Below, in pieces: positions 51,022-62,550 of a stretch of DNA of 64,000 bases (position 1 is the first letter of the stretch; each line of letters begins with the position of its first letter). Below the pieces are notes generated by a model, which had not been told where the DNA came from, did not search any database, and saw only the letters and a program-made list of their open reading frames with translations. Source of the DNA: Macrostomum lignano (taxonomy: Eukaryota). A program made the position numbers and the translations under genes. The DNA is taken from assembly GCA_002269645.1 (NCBI GenBank), contig NIVC01002596.1:94885-158884 (forward strand). The letters are read 5' to 3'.

Positions 51022-54000
51022 ATGCTTCTGAGTCAACAGGTTACTACTTTGTAAATTTAACAGTGAGTAGTAGATCCCAGTATTTTTGGTCTCTGTTAAT
51101 GTTTTCTGTGGTCTAATTCATTGTTAGGCTGAGCTGATAGCAACAAAAATTTCCCTCCTTGTTTGCTAGGCCTTGGAGGAACAGAAGCAAAAACAACAAC
51201 AGCAGCAGCAGCAATCATCAAGCAGCAAGCCAGCAGCCGGAAAAACAACTGGCCAACTGAAGGGCTGCAGTCAGCTTCTGGCTGATATAATGACAAGTAG
51301 TTGTGAGTTATTATTTATCCTATTTTTTGCATGTTTGCAGTATTTATTAGTAATGCTACTTACAGTAGGTTAATTTATTTGGCAATCAATTGTATTATTA
51401 TATAAATCAAAATTCTGATCTAGTGTTTCTCTATAACTGCATTATTGAAGTTCTTCGACTGTCCCTTCTTGACCTTGTTAATGGTAAAAAAATTCGGTTG
51501 ATAGGCTTTTTAAGTACTTATTTCCCTAACTATAGCATGAGTACTATGTATTCTAACAGTAGTTGATTTTCTAATGCAAAAATTTTGCGAAGCAACATAT
51601 ATTATGTAAATAATATTAGTTTTTAATAAGATGCTTATTGATGACCATTATGTGCTTATCTAAAAAATAGCATAAAAGTCAAGCTAGATTTAAAATAAAT
51701 GCTGAATTGGTACTAAAATCTGTTGGAACTGCTTTCTGCTACTATCAATATTCCAACCCACAGCTGAGGATGAAGATATTGACAAGCTGGACCAGAGCAC
51801 CCTGTCTGCCAGATCTGCTGCCGAAGCTTCCAGTGAGTTTGCCCGCTTGTTTTCTTTATCACCCATCTGAATTATGATTTTGCTAATATTAGCTTTAGCT
51901 TAAAAAAATTAGTGACTGCACTGTTGTTGGGCCCCTGTCCCCTTCTGTCGGGCCTCTGTCTCCTTCTGTTACGTCTTTGTCCCCTTTTGTTAGGCCTCTG
52001 CCTCTTCTGTCTGGCCTCTGCCCTCCCTCTGTCTCCTGTTAGGTCTTTGTTCCCTTCTGTTAGGTCTCTGTCCCCTTCTGTTAGTTCTCTGTCTCCTTCT
52101 GTTAGGTCTTTGTCCCCTTTTGTTAGGCCTCTGCCTCTTCTGTCTGGCCTCTGCCCTCCCTCTGTCTCCTGTTAGGTCTTTGTTCCCTTCTGTTAGGTCT
52201 CTGTCCCCTTCTGTTAGTTCTCTGTCTCCTTCTGTTAGGTCTTTGTCCCTTTTTGTTAGGCCTCTGCCTCTTCTGTCTGGCCTCTGCCCTCCCTCTGTCT
52301 CCTGTTACGGTCTTTGTCCCCTTATGTTAGGTCTTTGTTCCCTTCTGTTAGGTCTTTGTTCCCTTCTGTTAGGTCTTTGTTCCCTTCTGTTAGGTCTTTG
52401 TCCCCTTCTGTTAGGTCTTTGTTCCCTTCTGTTAGGTCTTTGTCCCCTTCTGTTAGGTCTTTGTTCCCTTCTGTTAGGTCTTTGTTCCCTTCTGTTAGGT
52501 CTTTGTTCCCTTCTGTTAGGGTCTTTGTCCCCTTCTGTCTGGTCTCTGCCCCCTTTTGTCGGGCCTCTGCCCCCCTTCTGTCGCATGTGTTGTATCGTTG
52601 CTCTTTTCATTGTCAGCAAAGTAACTAAAATTATGTTTTACCAATGAATAACATATAGAATTTTAGCGGTGCATTATTAAACTAACAAGCAAAATTAAGT
52701 TTCATAATCCCATTTAATAGCTTACAGCCTGCCAAGCTACAAGCAAATGAGTATGACTTTTTCTCTTCTTTGCTCCGTTCTGTTTTAACCCAAAAAATAT
52801 TTTAGCAGTTTAATGTTTAATTCCTTTGTGTTTTGGTCGATGAATTTCAATTGATTGATTCGTGATTTTTGAGTATTCAAAGTCGGTTCAGGCAAGATTA
52901 GCATTGAAAGTTTCTGTTTGCTAGGCCCCGTATGAAAAGATAGACCTTGTATTTGTATTTTTACTCAGGTCATTTGCTTTAACCAACTGATATATTTCAT
53001 TGCAGATTCTGCAGCCCAGCCTCAGCCGGGTCAACAGCCAAGACAGCAGTCTCAGCCGCCTCCTAAACAGCATCGCGAGTTTGCTCAGACTGTTTACTCA
53101 AAACCGGTAGCGTCCCTAGCAACCGTTGCCAACCAAAAGCAGTATGATTACAGTTATGAATTCGGCAATTCTCCGCTGTTTGAATCGACGAAACCAAATT
53201 GGACGGCTGCTAATCAAAAGCAACAGCAAGAGCGGCATAGTCAAAATCATCGTTTGGAATCCACGGCGACCTTAGCAACCGTTGCCAACCAGCAGCAGCG
53301 GCAGTCTGGCCAGACTCTTCGCCCGGAGCCTACGGTACCCAAGCAGCAGCAGCAACATCAGTTTGCTCAGACTCTCCGCCCAGGTTTAAAAAAGCCCATA
53401 GCAACGGTTGCTAACGATGAGCAACATCATCAATTTGCTCAGACTCTTCGCCCCGAATCGAAAAAGCCCATAGCAACGGTTGCTAACGTTGAGCAACATC
53501 AATTTGCTCAGACTCTTCGTCCCGAACCGAAAAACGCCATAGCAACGGTTGCTAACGATGAGCAACATCAATTTGCTCAGACTCTTCGTCCCGAACCGAA
53601 AAACGCCATAGCAACGGTTGCTAATGGGCAGCAACAGCAAACGGAACCTCTAGCAGCCAGTTTGCCAATCATTCCCACTGGCTCGGAGTGCCCGGTTCGC
53701 GACACTGACCGCGAGCACCAGCATCGGCACCAGCATCAGCGTCGGTCAGTTTGTCGCCATGGCAACCCGGTAAAGTCTCGCCATCGTCAGTCTCAGCCTC
53801 AACCGGCTGTCAAGGTCATCAGCGATGCCGCAGGAGATAGTCAGGCCAAATGCACCGTGGGCGGCTGCCAGTCATCGCAGGAACTGCTCGCCCGCCTGGA
53901 ATCCACCGAGTCGGCGCTGGAGCGCAGCCGAGCCGAGGCCGAGGCTCGCCTAGCCGAGCTGTGCGCCCGCGAGAACGAGCTGATGCGCCTGCGGCACGAC

Positions 54001-54447
54001 GCTCTACGTCGGGAGGCTCGACTTCGCGCCGAAGCCGATAGGGAACGGGAGGCGCGCGCTTGCGCCGAAGCGCGAGCCGACGCTCTTGAGAAAGAGACGC
54101 GCCGGCTGGCTAGCGCGCTTGGCGAGCGCGACCTGCAGTTGCGCGCCTGTCAAGAGAAGATGCGGTGAGTAGCTTTTGTATTGGATATTAGCGATGAAAA
54201 ACCGTTTAACCGGAGCTTAATTCCAGTAAAAAAATAGACGGACAGACAGACAGACACTAAGACACTACGAGAGACAGGCAGACGGACGCTAAGACAGACT
54301 GACAGACAGATAGATAGACGCTAAGACAGACAGACAGATAGACAGACACTAAGACAGACACTAAGACACTAAGACAGACGCTAAGACAGACAGACACTAA
54401 GACAGACAGACAGACACTAATACAGACAGACAGATAGACAGACACTA

Positions 54448-54480
<33 letters not shown>

Positions 54481-54485
54481 CTAAT

Positions 54486-54560
<75 letters not shown>

Positions 54561-55235
54561 CTAATACAGACAGACAGATAGACAGACACTAAGACAGACA
54601 GACACTAAGACAGACAGACAAACAGAACTAATCGAAAGAATGCTACAGAATTTATTTTCATTAGCTTCTTATCACTAGTGTGAAACCCCCTATGGCGATC
54701 TAAAATCGATATTCAATCATCATTCAAATCCAGGCGCATTAACCGCAGTCTGGGCTACATAGCCAAGGCGTCCAGCGAGTTTGGCGTCGAATCTCCCAGC
54801 GCCGCCGCTGCCGCCGCCGTAGCGGCCGCCTCCAAGATTGCCGCTAGCGACGCCGGCTTCACCGACAAAGACGACGACGCCACGGAAGCCGACGATGCCA
54901 CCACCGACTGTGACGTTTCAATGAGTACCGGCTGCTCTTGCGCTGCTGAGGTCCCCCATCCAAGCCAGCCAAAGACCTACACGGTTTTGCCGTCGCCATT
55001 AGCAGCCGGGCAGCGTCATCAGCAACAGCGGCCGATTGAATCTGTGCAGCCTTCACCTCCGACACTTGACGTTTGCAAGCCGCCGCCGCAGGCTGAGAAA
55101 TCTGCTGCAACAATTGCCGCAGGCAAAACCGATGCCGAGGACGCTGACGATCGGGACTTCCGCCTCGGCCTCGCCCGCATTGACGATCAAATTCGACGAC
55201 TGCAGGCATCTTTAAAGTCGCCGAGTTACGCTTAG
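51022..55235 (+). CDS. Uncharacterised coiled-coil protein with internal 23-24-aa repeats; 5' end uncertain
   Basis: Phase-consistent exons (50980 or ATG 51022)-51039, 51170-51302, 51764-51832, 53006-54164, 54734-55235. Long E/R/A-rich heptad region; C-terminal [20 protein letters not shown] helix. Confidence 0.75.
51930..52580. repeat. 21-bp pyrimidine-rich minisatellite (TTCCCTTCTGTTAGGTCTTTG)n, intronic
   Basis: ttaggtc at 52327 and 52348; 133-bp higher-order unit at 51991, 52124 and 52257. Confidence 0.93.
54236..54620. repeat. (CAGA)n-based microsatellite with CACTAA interruptions, intronic
   Basis: Tetranucleotide units. Confidence 0.95.
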
Positions 55236-56786
55236 TTAAGTCAGCTTAGTGAACCGGTAATTTACGCTGACTTGATCATTTTTGCATTTGTTTTTTAATT
55301 TGACACTGTAATTACTGCTTAAAGTAGGCTGCTATGAGGCGTGCGCTTTCTGTTTTGTTAACAACAGAGCTGTATTTTTTCTGTTTTTTGCGTACTATTT
55401 CCGTAATATAAATGCACAAATATATGTATGATCTAAAGCATACATTCGAAATTTAGGTTTTAAACTTGTGTCCGTAAGTGTAGGTCTAAAATGTTTAGTT
55501 AAGAGCTTTTACTACCTTAAAAACTTTATTTTCTCAACTCTTCATTTCCACTTTTTATAGTTTGATTAACTTATTAGTGCGCTTTCTAAAGCATTATATA
55601 ATATATTTATGCTTTAATTTCGGCTTTTGTATTTACGGCGTCTACTGGTACCAGTGTATTTTTCATTGCTTTTCTAATTATTTTTTCGTATTAATTTTAC
55701 CTGTATTTTTATTTTTATAAAAAGTATAACATGCGTGCTCAATAGACTTGTCGCATTTACGGTGTGGCATTCTATAGTACTAAATTTGATCTACTAAGGC
55801 CAACGGAAAAATCAATTTACTTTTCTCAATACACGCTAGCGCTTTTAAGTTGACTTTTACCGCAAAGGTAGCGGTATTCGATATTATTAGAAATATGCTC
55901 CAATCAACAAGTGTTTATGTCAATTTTTATAAATATGCTCTTAAACCGTACATTATTTGATTTTTTATCATTGGGATTTCTTTTGGTATAAAAACGCAAA
56001 TGAGAATCAATCTTAGCTCTCGCTAGAAAAGACATTTATATTATTCGATGGGCAAGTATCAGTCTTAATAAGTCTAATAGTGACATGATGTAGAACTTTT
56101 TAATGCATGTAGATAATGGTTTTGTAAAAAAGATACGGGCTTAGTGCCTAACCATCCACGCATACTGTTTTAAAGATACTTATAGCAGTGGCTGAGGTCT
56201 AAGGTACACTCAGAAACTAGTATAAATTTTCCTTATCAAGCAGCAAGAATAAAGGTAAAAACGGGTAAAGTAAACGGGCTGCCGTGGTAAGAATTAAAAT
56301 CTATTTACATGCAGTTCCTTTCAAACGTGACGTTCCATTAATGGCCGTTAAATTTTGTGTACTGTACGAAGCTATAGAAATTTATTTTGAGTATAAAATT
56401 GAGCATTAAGCTTTTTCACGTAAGTTTAATTTATTTTTACTTTTTTTGTCATAATGTGTTGTAATAGCGCTACTTTAAAACTTAAATTTACATTTTAAGC
56501 TGACCGTCGTCTCGTCTCGTCACAGGCTGAGGGAACGCAAGACTGACAGACGCTTTGTATGTAACATTTGACATTCTTTTGATCTCAACGCAGTATTATC
56601 GAAACAATTTTAGGAGCGAAACTATTCCTCTAAACTCTAGTTTCTTGGCATAAATAAATTTTACTAGTGCTTTTCTATAGGCCCCTACAAATTGTACGGT
56701 CTAGATTTACCATTTTCTATAGAAAATATATATCACTATCAGTCTCGTTTTATTTTATCTAAGAATCGATCAACGCCACAAGCATA

Positions 56787-56952
56787 ATGGCGTTTAGTTC
56801 TGGAGTTGGGTTGAAGAGACGATCTTCAATGTTTCGTCTGACATCGGAAAATGATACAGAATTTGAGCTTTTTTACTTGGAAGGAAATGATGCCCTCCAA
56901 AACTACCAGAAAAGATGGGTTTTTGAAGTTGCATGGGAAGTTGTAAACAAAG
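56787..56952 (+). CDS. GYS: Glycogen synthase, first coding exon (rest not found in window)
   Basis: MAFSSGVGLKRRSSMFRLTSENDTEFELFYLEGNDALQNYQKRWVFEVAWEVVNK then phase-1 donor G|GTAATT. FEVAWEVxNK(VGG) is the conserved N-terminal signature of GT3 glycogen synthases. At 59 codons to the intronic stop, it falls below the ORF-track cutoff. Confidence 0.8.
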
Positions 56953-57114
56953 GTAATTACAAGTAACAACCTAACTTTTTCATTCATGACATTGCTATGC
57001 CTGGAATGATACTAATAGATCATTAAAAAAGCTAGCTAGCTTTAAGAAGAAAATTAATTTAAAATAATATATTGTTTTAAAGGCAATCTTTTACTTTACT
57101 GCATTTAATTTTTT

Positions 57115-57557
57115 TAATGGTTGAAGAAGTTGAACCAGTCCGTGGCAGTCCTGCTCAAGATGTGACACTCCCATTCAACTTAGTGAAGCAGCATGCCATG
57201 CATCCAGTGGTATACCAAATCCACTAGCTAGGTGATGATGAGGTGGGTGCCCTCAAAAAAGCTGCCCTTTATGATGCTTTTCTGCATCCTGCAGGTCGGA
57301 CATGCCCAGGCATAGCCATCAACAAATTGGGCTCCATCCCGCCTCTGTAGCCGCATGGCTGGAGCCTCAAGGCATCGTTCATATGCCCAAGAATTTCGCA
57401 GTAGCCCGTAAGTGGCCAGCCAGTGAATAGTTTGCTGGCTGTTAGATGTCAACAGCACAAGCTCATGTAGCTTGACATCAATGTCGCATAGCTTGGCTGC
57501 TGGCCTTAGATTGGCCTTGGGCACAATCGTAGTGGGCGCAAAAGGCCTTCTAGCCAT
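57115..57557 (-). pseudogene. Merlin/ISXO2 (IS1595-related) transposase N-terminal fragment
   Basis: WLATYGLLRNS..C..APAMRL...DGYAWACPTCRMQKSIIKGSFFEGTHL, then after a stop or shift LVDLVYHW..E..ILSRTATDWFNF. Matches the zinc-ribbon and SIRxGSFF pattern of Merlin transposases; no DDE region seen. Confidence 0.75.
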
Positions 57558-57661
57558 TAGTAAGTTGGCTGAAATGAGAAAAAAAGTGAAAAATAATTAA
57601 ATGCAATAAAGTAAAAGATTGCCATTTTAAATGACTGCCACTTATAAATTTTAATTTTGGT

Positions 57662-57933
57662 AATGGCTAAAGTTCCAGCACCAGAACCTGTTCTCTAATG
57701 GCTATAGATCTGGCAGTCTTCTGCAGGCAGTTATCTGATAAAGTCTGAACATTAGAAGTATCTTATTTTGAATATCATCATTTCATTTTGATCTTATCTA
57801 TTATCTTGAACAAAATCCCAATATCAACCACCTGTTAAAAAGTAAATGTTTCTGCTATATTGTACCCATAAACTGCACTACTAGAATCTATAGCCATTAG
57901 AAAATGGGTTCTGGTGCTGGAACTCTAGCCATT
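57662..57933. mobile_element. 272-bp MITE with ~46-bp TIRs
   Basis: AATGGCTAAAGTTCCAGCACCAGAACC..CTAATGGCTATAGAT mirrored by ATCTATAGCCATTAG..GGTTCTGGTGCTGGAACTCTAGCCATT. Confidence 0.85.
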
Positions 57934-57961
57934 GCTTTTAATTTTATATTTTTAGGCTAGG

Positions 57962-58463
57962 CCCACACTCTCGAATCTGTTATATGGTACGCCAGAAAAA
58001 ATGACCCTTTACGCCATAAATTTAAGTTTTCGCCAGAAAAAAATTTTGTACATGATATGTACGCCGCAACAAAATTGCAACGTTATGCCAAATTGAAATT
58101 CAAATTTTAGGTCCCTTTTCTTTTTGAGTAAAATTACCTTTTACTTTAATAAACACAAAAATCTAGGAATAAATAAATAGTAACTATGGTATAGTGTTTT
58201 TTGTTTTGTATTTTGTTTTAACATTTTGTTTGTAAAAACATTTTTAAATGTTTTTTGTATGTCAATTGAACATACAATAGGCGAATACCTCATTTTATAC
58301 GTCTACTGCCACGCCAGACATCTACGCTAGACACCAATATGCCGGCGCAGTGGCGCACAATTGGCATAGCTGTTGTGTTACGCCGGATGTTATACACCAA
58401 GCATATTTTCAGGTCTACTGTACGCCGGAATTTTCCGGCGTATATGTAAGATTCGGGAGTGGG
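57962..58463. mobile_element. ~500-bp MITE with near-perfect 8-bp TSD
   Basis: Ends CCCACACTCTCGAATCT / AGATTCGGGAGTGGG; flanks AGGCTAGG (57954-57961) and GGGCTAGG (58464-58471); internal TACGCC motifs in both orientations. Confidence 0.7.
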
Positions 58464-59179
58464 GGGCTAGGCCATTTTAATAAATGGCTGAAATAATTGT
58501 CATAGTTTGCTAAAAAATTATTTACTTATTTATTATTTTATAGGTTATACTTAATATATTTATATCAAAGATAAAATTAATTTTGTTTGAAACTAATAAT
58601 AATTTAAAATAAGTTTTGAATGAAATAAAAAGATAAAATATGGATGTAAGCTTGCATCTTAAGCTTAAAAAATAAATGCAAATATGAAAACCAGGATGCA
58701 ACTTGCATCTAGGTCTAAATTTAGAGAAAGTATTCAATGAAGTTTCAGAAAAGTATTGAAACAATATATTTATACATGATGTTTTGTTTGTAACTTTTGC
58801 TAAAAAATGATTTGCATGCATCTTGATTTAAAAAAATGCAGATGCACAAGTTGCATCTAGTGCCAAAAAGTGGGTGCAAATCTAAATTTCAGGGTATAAA
58901 CTAGCAATCTAAGCAATCTAGTGTGGCCCCCTTCAGGGTGTCCAATAAGCAAGGAGCAAAAATAGTTCATAGAAAAAAATTAAAAAAGCATATTTTCTTA
59001 AGAACCAATTCCTTCACTTTTAAAAATCACCTTATTCGTGTAAAATTGTCATATAATATGAACACACTAGACTACTAATACAGCAACCTAGGTTCAAATC
59101 TTAGTAGTGTAAATGAAAGTAGTATATTTTTTTTAATTGAAAGTTTTTATTAAAGGACTAATTAAAAAGACCTGGATTA

Positions 59180-59395
59180 TGGCCCTTGATAAACCAAGTA
59201 TTATTGCACTTGATAAACCAAGGATTATTGCACTTGATAAGCCAATGATTATTGCACTTGATAAGCTAAGGATTATTGTACCAGGTACTTGATAAGCCAA
59301 GGATTACTGCACTTGATGATCCAATGATTATTGCACTTGATAAGCCAATGATTACTGCACTTTATAAACCAAGAATTATTGCACTTGATAAACTA
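59180..59395. repeat. 24-bp minisatellite (GATTATTGCACTTGATAAGCCAAG)n
   Basis: gattattg at 59223 and 59247. Confidence 0.9.
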
Positions 59396-59491
59396 GTGAT
59401 GGACCGAATGTGGATTTTTGCAAGTTTCCGAAACCGAATCTGAATGTACAAAAAAAATCCGAATGTTTCCGAATATAAGCAAAAAGTGCAA

Positions 59492-59590
59492 GGTAAACGG
59501 CGGGAGTAACTATGACTCTTTAAATTTATGAAAATGTCTTGTCATCTAATTAGTGCGCACATAAATTGACTGACAAGATTCCATCTCTCC
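59492..59590 (+). pseudogene. Dispersed 28S rRNA fragment (not a functional rRNA gene)
   Basis: GGTAAACGGCGGGAGTAACTATGACTCT (28 nt) and GTCATCTAATTAGTG (15 nt) match the universal eukaryotic LSU sequence from memory; the intervening and downstream bases are diverged. Confidence 0.9.
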
Positions 59591-61121
59591 TGGGCTTATA
59601 TTCGTACTCGTACTTTTATCTTAAAGGTCGGATGTTATAGGAGGTTACGCGCCTGTCGAGTTAAGCGGCTAAATATGTTTGCTTGCGCCTCCTTTTGATT
59701 TCAATTAGCCTTTCAACTTTACTGGCTTTACTGTTCAATCGAAAGTTTAGAACACAAGTTTTTGTTCGAACGATAGTTGTTAGGCAGCCAGTTTGCTCGC
59801 TCGCAAGTTGGCCCATTTCTACTTTTCCGCACTTATATTTATACAACAAAATTTGCCTCAGTCAGCGTTATTTCAAACCAATAGCAATTGTAGCAAAAGA
59901 GTTCTAGATCAACGCAATTGCAAGAAAGTCTGGGAATTATTTTTTTTGGTGCGAAAGTTTGGATGCCTGCGTGCCAGTTTCATGTGAACAGCGAAATCGG
60001 ACAGCGCCGTTGTGCGTCATTCGGCGGCTCCACCAGTGTTGCAGCTGTATCGATGTCGCAATTTTGGGCGCTGATCTCAGCAGTTTTCGTGAGAGCCAGA
60101 CGTTCAGATGTTCTTAGTGCAAGCCAATTTCAGCCGGCTAAACTTTTCTAACTTTCACTCGTGCAAACAATTGAGCGTTGGGAAGCACAATGAACTCCTG
60201 CTGAACTGGTCTTGCTGTCCTGAGCCGATCGGCTGATTGTTGCATACTGCTGAGATCGTTGATGCTGCTGCTGCTGATGGTGCGAGCCGAGCTACGTTGG
60301 GTGTCTTAGACAAAGGCTAGCGTCCGCAACGTTGGGGCCTACTTCATAACTTTGGTCCCCTCGCTCCAGGCTCACATTGGGTCCTCTCGTTGCCGTCCAG
60401 CCTCGCCAGGTGACTCGACCAGGTGACACGACCAGGTGACCTAGCCTATCCCCGTTCCTAGACTTATGAGCATTTTCTTATGGCTCATATCCGCCCCTTG
60501 TTGAAACGCAGACCACTCCTGGTCTGAAAATGATGGCGTCTTGATCAGTGCTGGATATCCTCATCACGTCATTTGATTTGAGTTATGCTCCTTCGCGATA
60601 GTGTTGATTTTCTTGCTAGGGCTGTCGTCTTGGCGTCCACTTTTCACGCCTATGTCCCACCGCTAATCTAAAGGCCTAGTGCCTTACTACTGCCTAAGTT
60701 CAGTCACACGACACACAAGGGTTCTACTAACTATACCCTTAGTCAGGCAAACTGTCTCGCTTCGATCGCAGTGTTAGTCGAGACCAGGCAATCCCACTTA
60801 AAGGTACTTGCACGTGGAATGGGCATTTATACTATAACTTTGCTTCACGTGTAATAACTTTGTCTTTCTAAACTGTTTTCTACTGCAGGCGTTTTGTGTC
60901 ATTGTTATTCAATAGTTTGATGTCTCTTTATGACTTAACTCAACTTGCTTGATAATCCCATTTGGCGGACAGTAATACTCGTAGTTCATCTCAAAATATT
61001 GATAGCGTCGTAGATCTTCTCCATGGTAGGTCTCGTAATCAAACTCGTCCTCATACATGTACATTTTCGTCTGCTAATTCGCTTGGTGGTAAGTCCGTCG
61101 CCATGGATAGTCCATTCTGAA

Positions 61122-61630
61122 CTATCCCTCTACCCTCCTGTTGCTGTTAGTGTTGGATTTTGTCCCTGCTCCGCAAGTTGTATGCATGAGCGGGATGCTC
61201 TTCCAGTTCATCCAAGACTTGCGTGCCAATTGTTCTATATAGCGGCTTCCTCTGCTGTAGTGCCATTCTTCTAGGGTCCATCGGTTGGAAAAATCGGGCA
61301 AGAAAACAGATTCCTCCGGGTTCTGCATCTTTTTTAATCTGTCGACGTGTACCAGCATTGGTTCTTTGTTATTGTCTTCCGATCGGATGGCTACATTCGT
61401 TTCGTTGAATTTCCGAATCACTCTATACGGTCCAAAAATCGTGGTTGATGTTTTGCAGTTCTTAGTGGTTCTTGTAGCATGACTCTGTCACCTACTTGTA
61501 GAGTCGTTTGCTGTCGCCCCTTGTTGGCTTGTTTGTGCGTTCGCTTTTGTGCTTGCTGTAGATTGTGTCTGGCGATTTCTCGAGCTAATCTTAGAGCTTC
61601 CGCCTTGTATAAAGTATACTTGTCTTCTGC
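61122..61630 (-). pseudogene. Gypsy integrase C-terminal region (coiled segment, GPY motif, SH3-like end), frameshifted
   Basis: LRLAREIARHNLQQAQKR..LQVGDRVML..PRF / GPYRVIRKFNETN..MLVHVDRLKK; GPY codons at 61425-61433. Confidence 0.85.
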
Positions 61631-62550
61631 ACATGATGCATTCAGTTTTACTGGTCTCTGAAAGGTTAGCACATATGTCATATCTTCCGATTGAAACCAG
61701 TCCGTGTGCATGTATCCGACCAGTTGTCGTCCTTTCTAGTACTGGCATTGGTAATGTTCATGCACTGTCCATACCATCTGGTACAGTCTTGAACCTCGCA
61801 CTCAATATTCTCTGTCGTAGAAGTTTGTCACTGACCAAAGTCATTCTGGTAAAGTGCATTCTAGTGGCCATATTTTAAAATTTGCCGCTTTCTCGTCCCG
61901 TTGGCACTTGCTCTCCTTGTATTTGCATTTGTCTACTGGCACATACAACGAGTTCATTCCATTTCCCGAAACGTAGAATGGTACATTCGTCAACACAGTG
62001 CTGACTGTTATTTCTAATTTCTCTCCGGTCTTAGCCAGATTATCTAGGTCATTTCGAACCCATTTTTTCGTAGAGTATCGGCTGATGCAACCATCCACTT
62101 TGAGGTCTTCTTCCAATGTTCCATCTTCTGTTGTAGCTCCTGCATTCCACGAGTTACATTGTTCCACTGTGACTGTTTGTAGCTTAATTGCTACTGTCAA
62201 GTACACGAATACTGTTTTTCCTGCGATTTTGTACAGTTGCTGCGCTGTGAAATTGTAGTCTTCTCTGTGGCATATCTTCATGACACTTTTATGTGTCTCG
62301 GCGTTCTCATGGTGTAAAGTTAATTTAAGCTTTATCCGTCCATCTTGTCCTTCCTTTGGAATTTTGCAGTCCTGTTGTTCCGGCAGCCGAATTGCTATGG
62401 GGCTCTAATGTCGGTGCAAAATTTTGGACTGTCCACATATTGCGTGTGCATCGCTTCGATTTCGCAGAAACTTCCGGCAAAAATGAGCAGTCCCATCAGA
62501 ATCATTGGCCAGATTCGTAGGGTTTGTCTTGGCGCTATTGTTGTGTTTGC
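61630..62550 (-). pseudogene. env: Env-like Cys-rich glycoprotein ectodomain remnant (several frameshifts or stops)
   Basis: Hydrophobic WPMILMGLLIFAGSFC, then ICGQS, PIAIRLPEQQDC, TVTVEQCNSW..EDGTL, CKYKESKC..FKIW, CEVQDCTRWYG (sequons NIT, NAS, NWS), WFQSEDMTYVLTF..NASC. The order matches the Cys/Trp pattern I recall from nematode BEL/Pao and chuvirus-like envelope proteins. Confidence 0.65.

Noticed and set aside
50947-51039. ATG 50947 (MSHHRKASS..) as start of the coiled-coil gene
   Set aside because: It ends in phase 1 and would hit a stop in the next exon. The frame [20 protein letters not shown] joins the downstream exons correctly.
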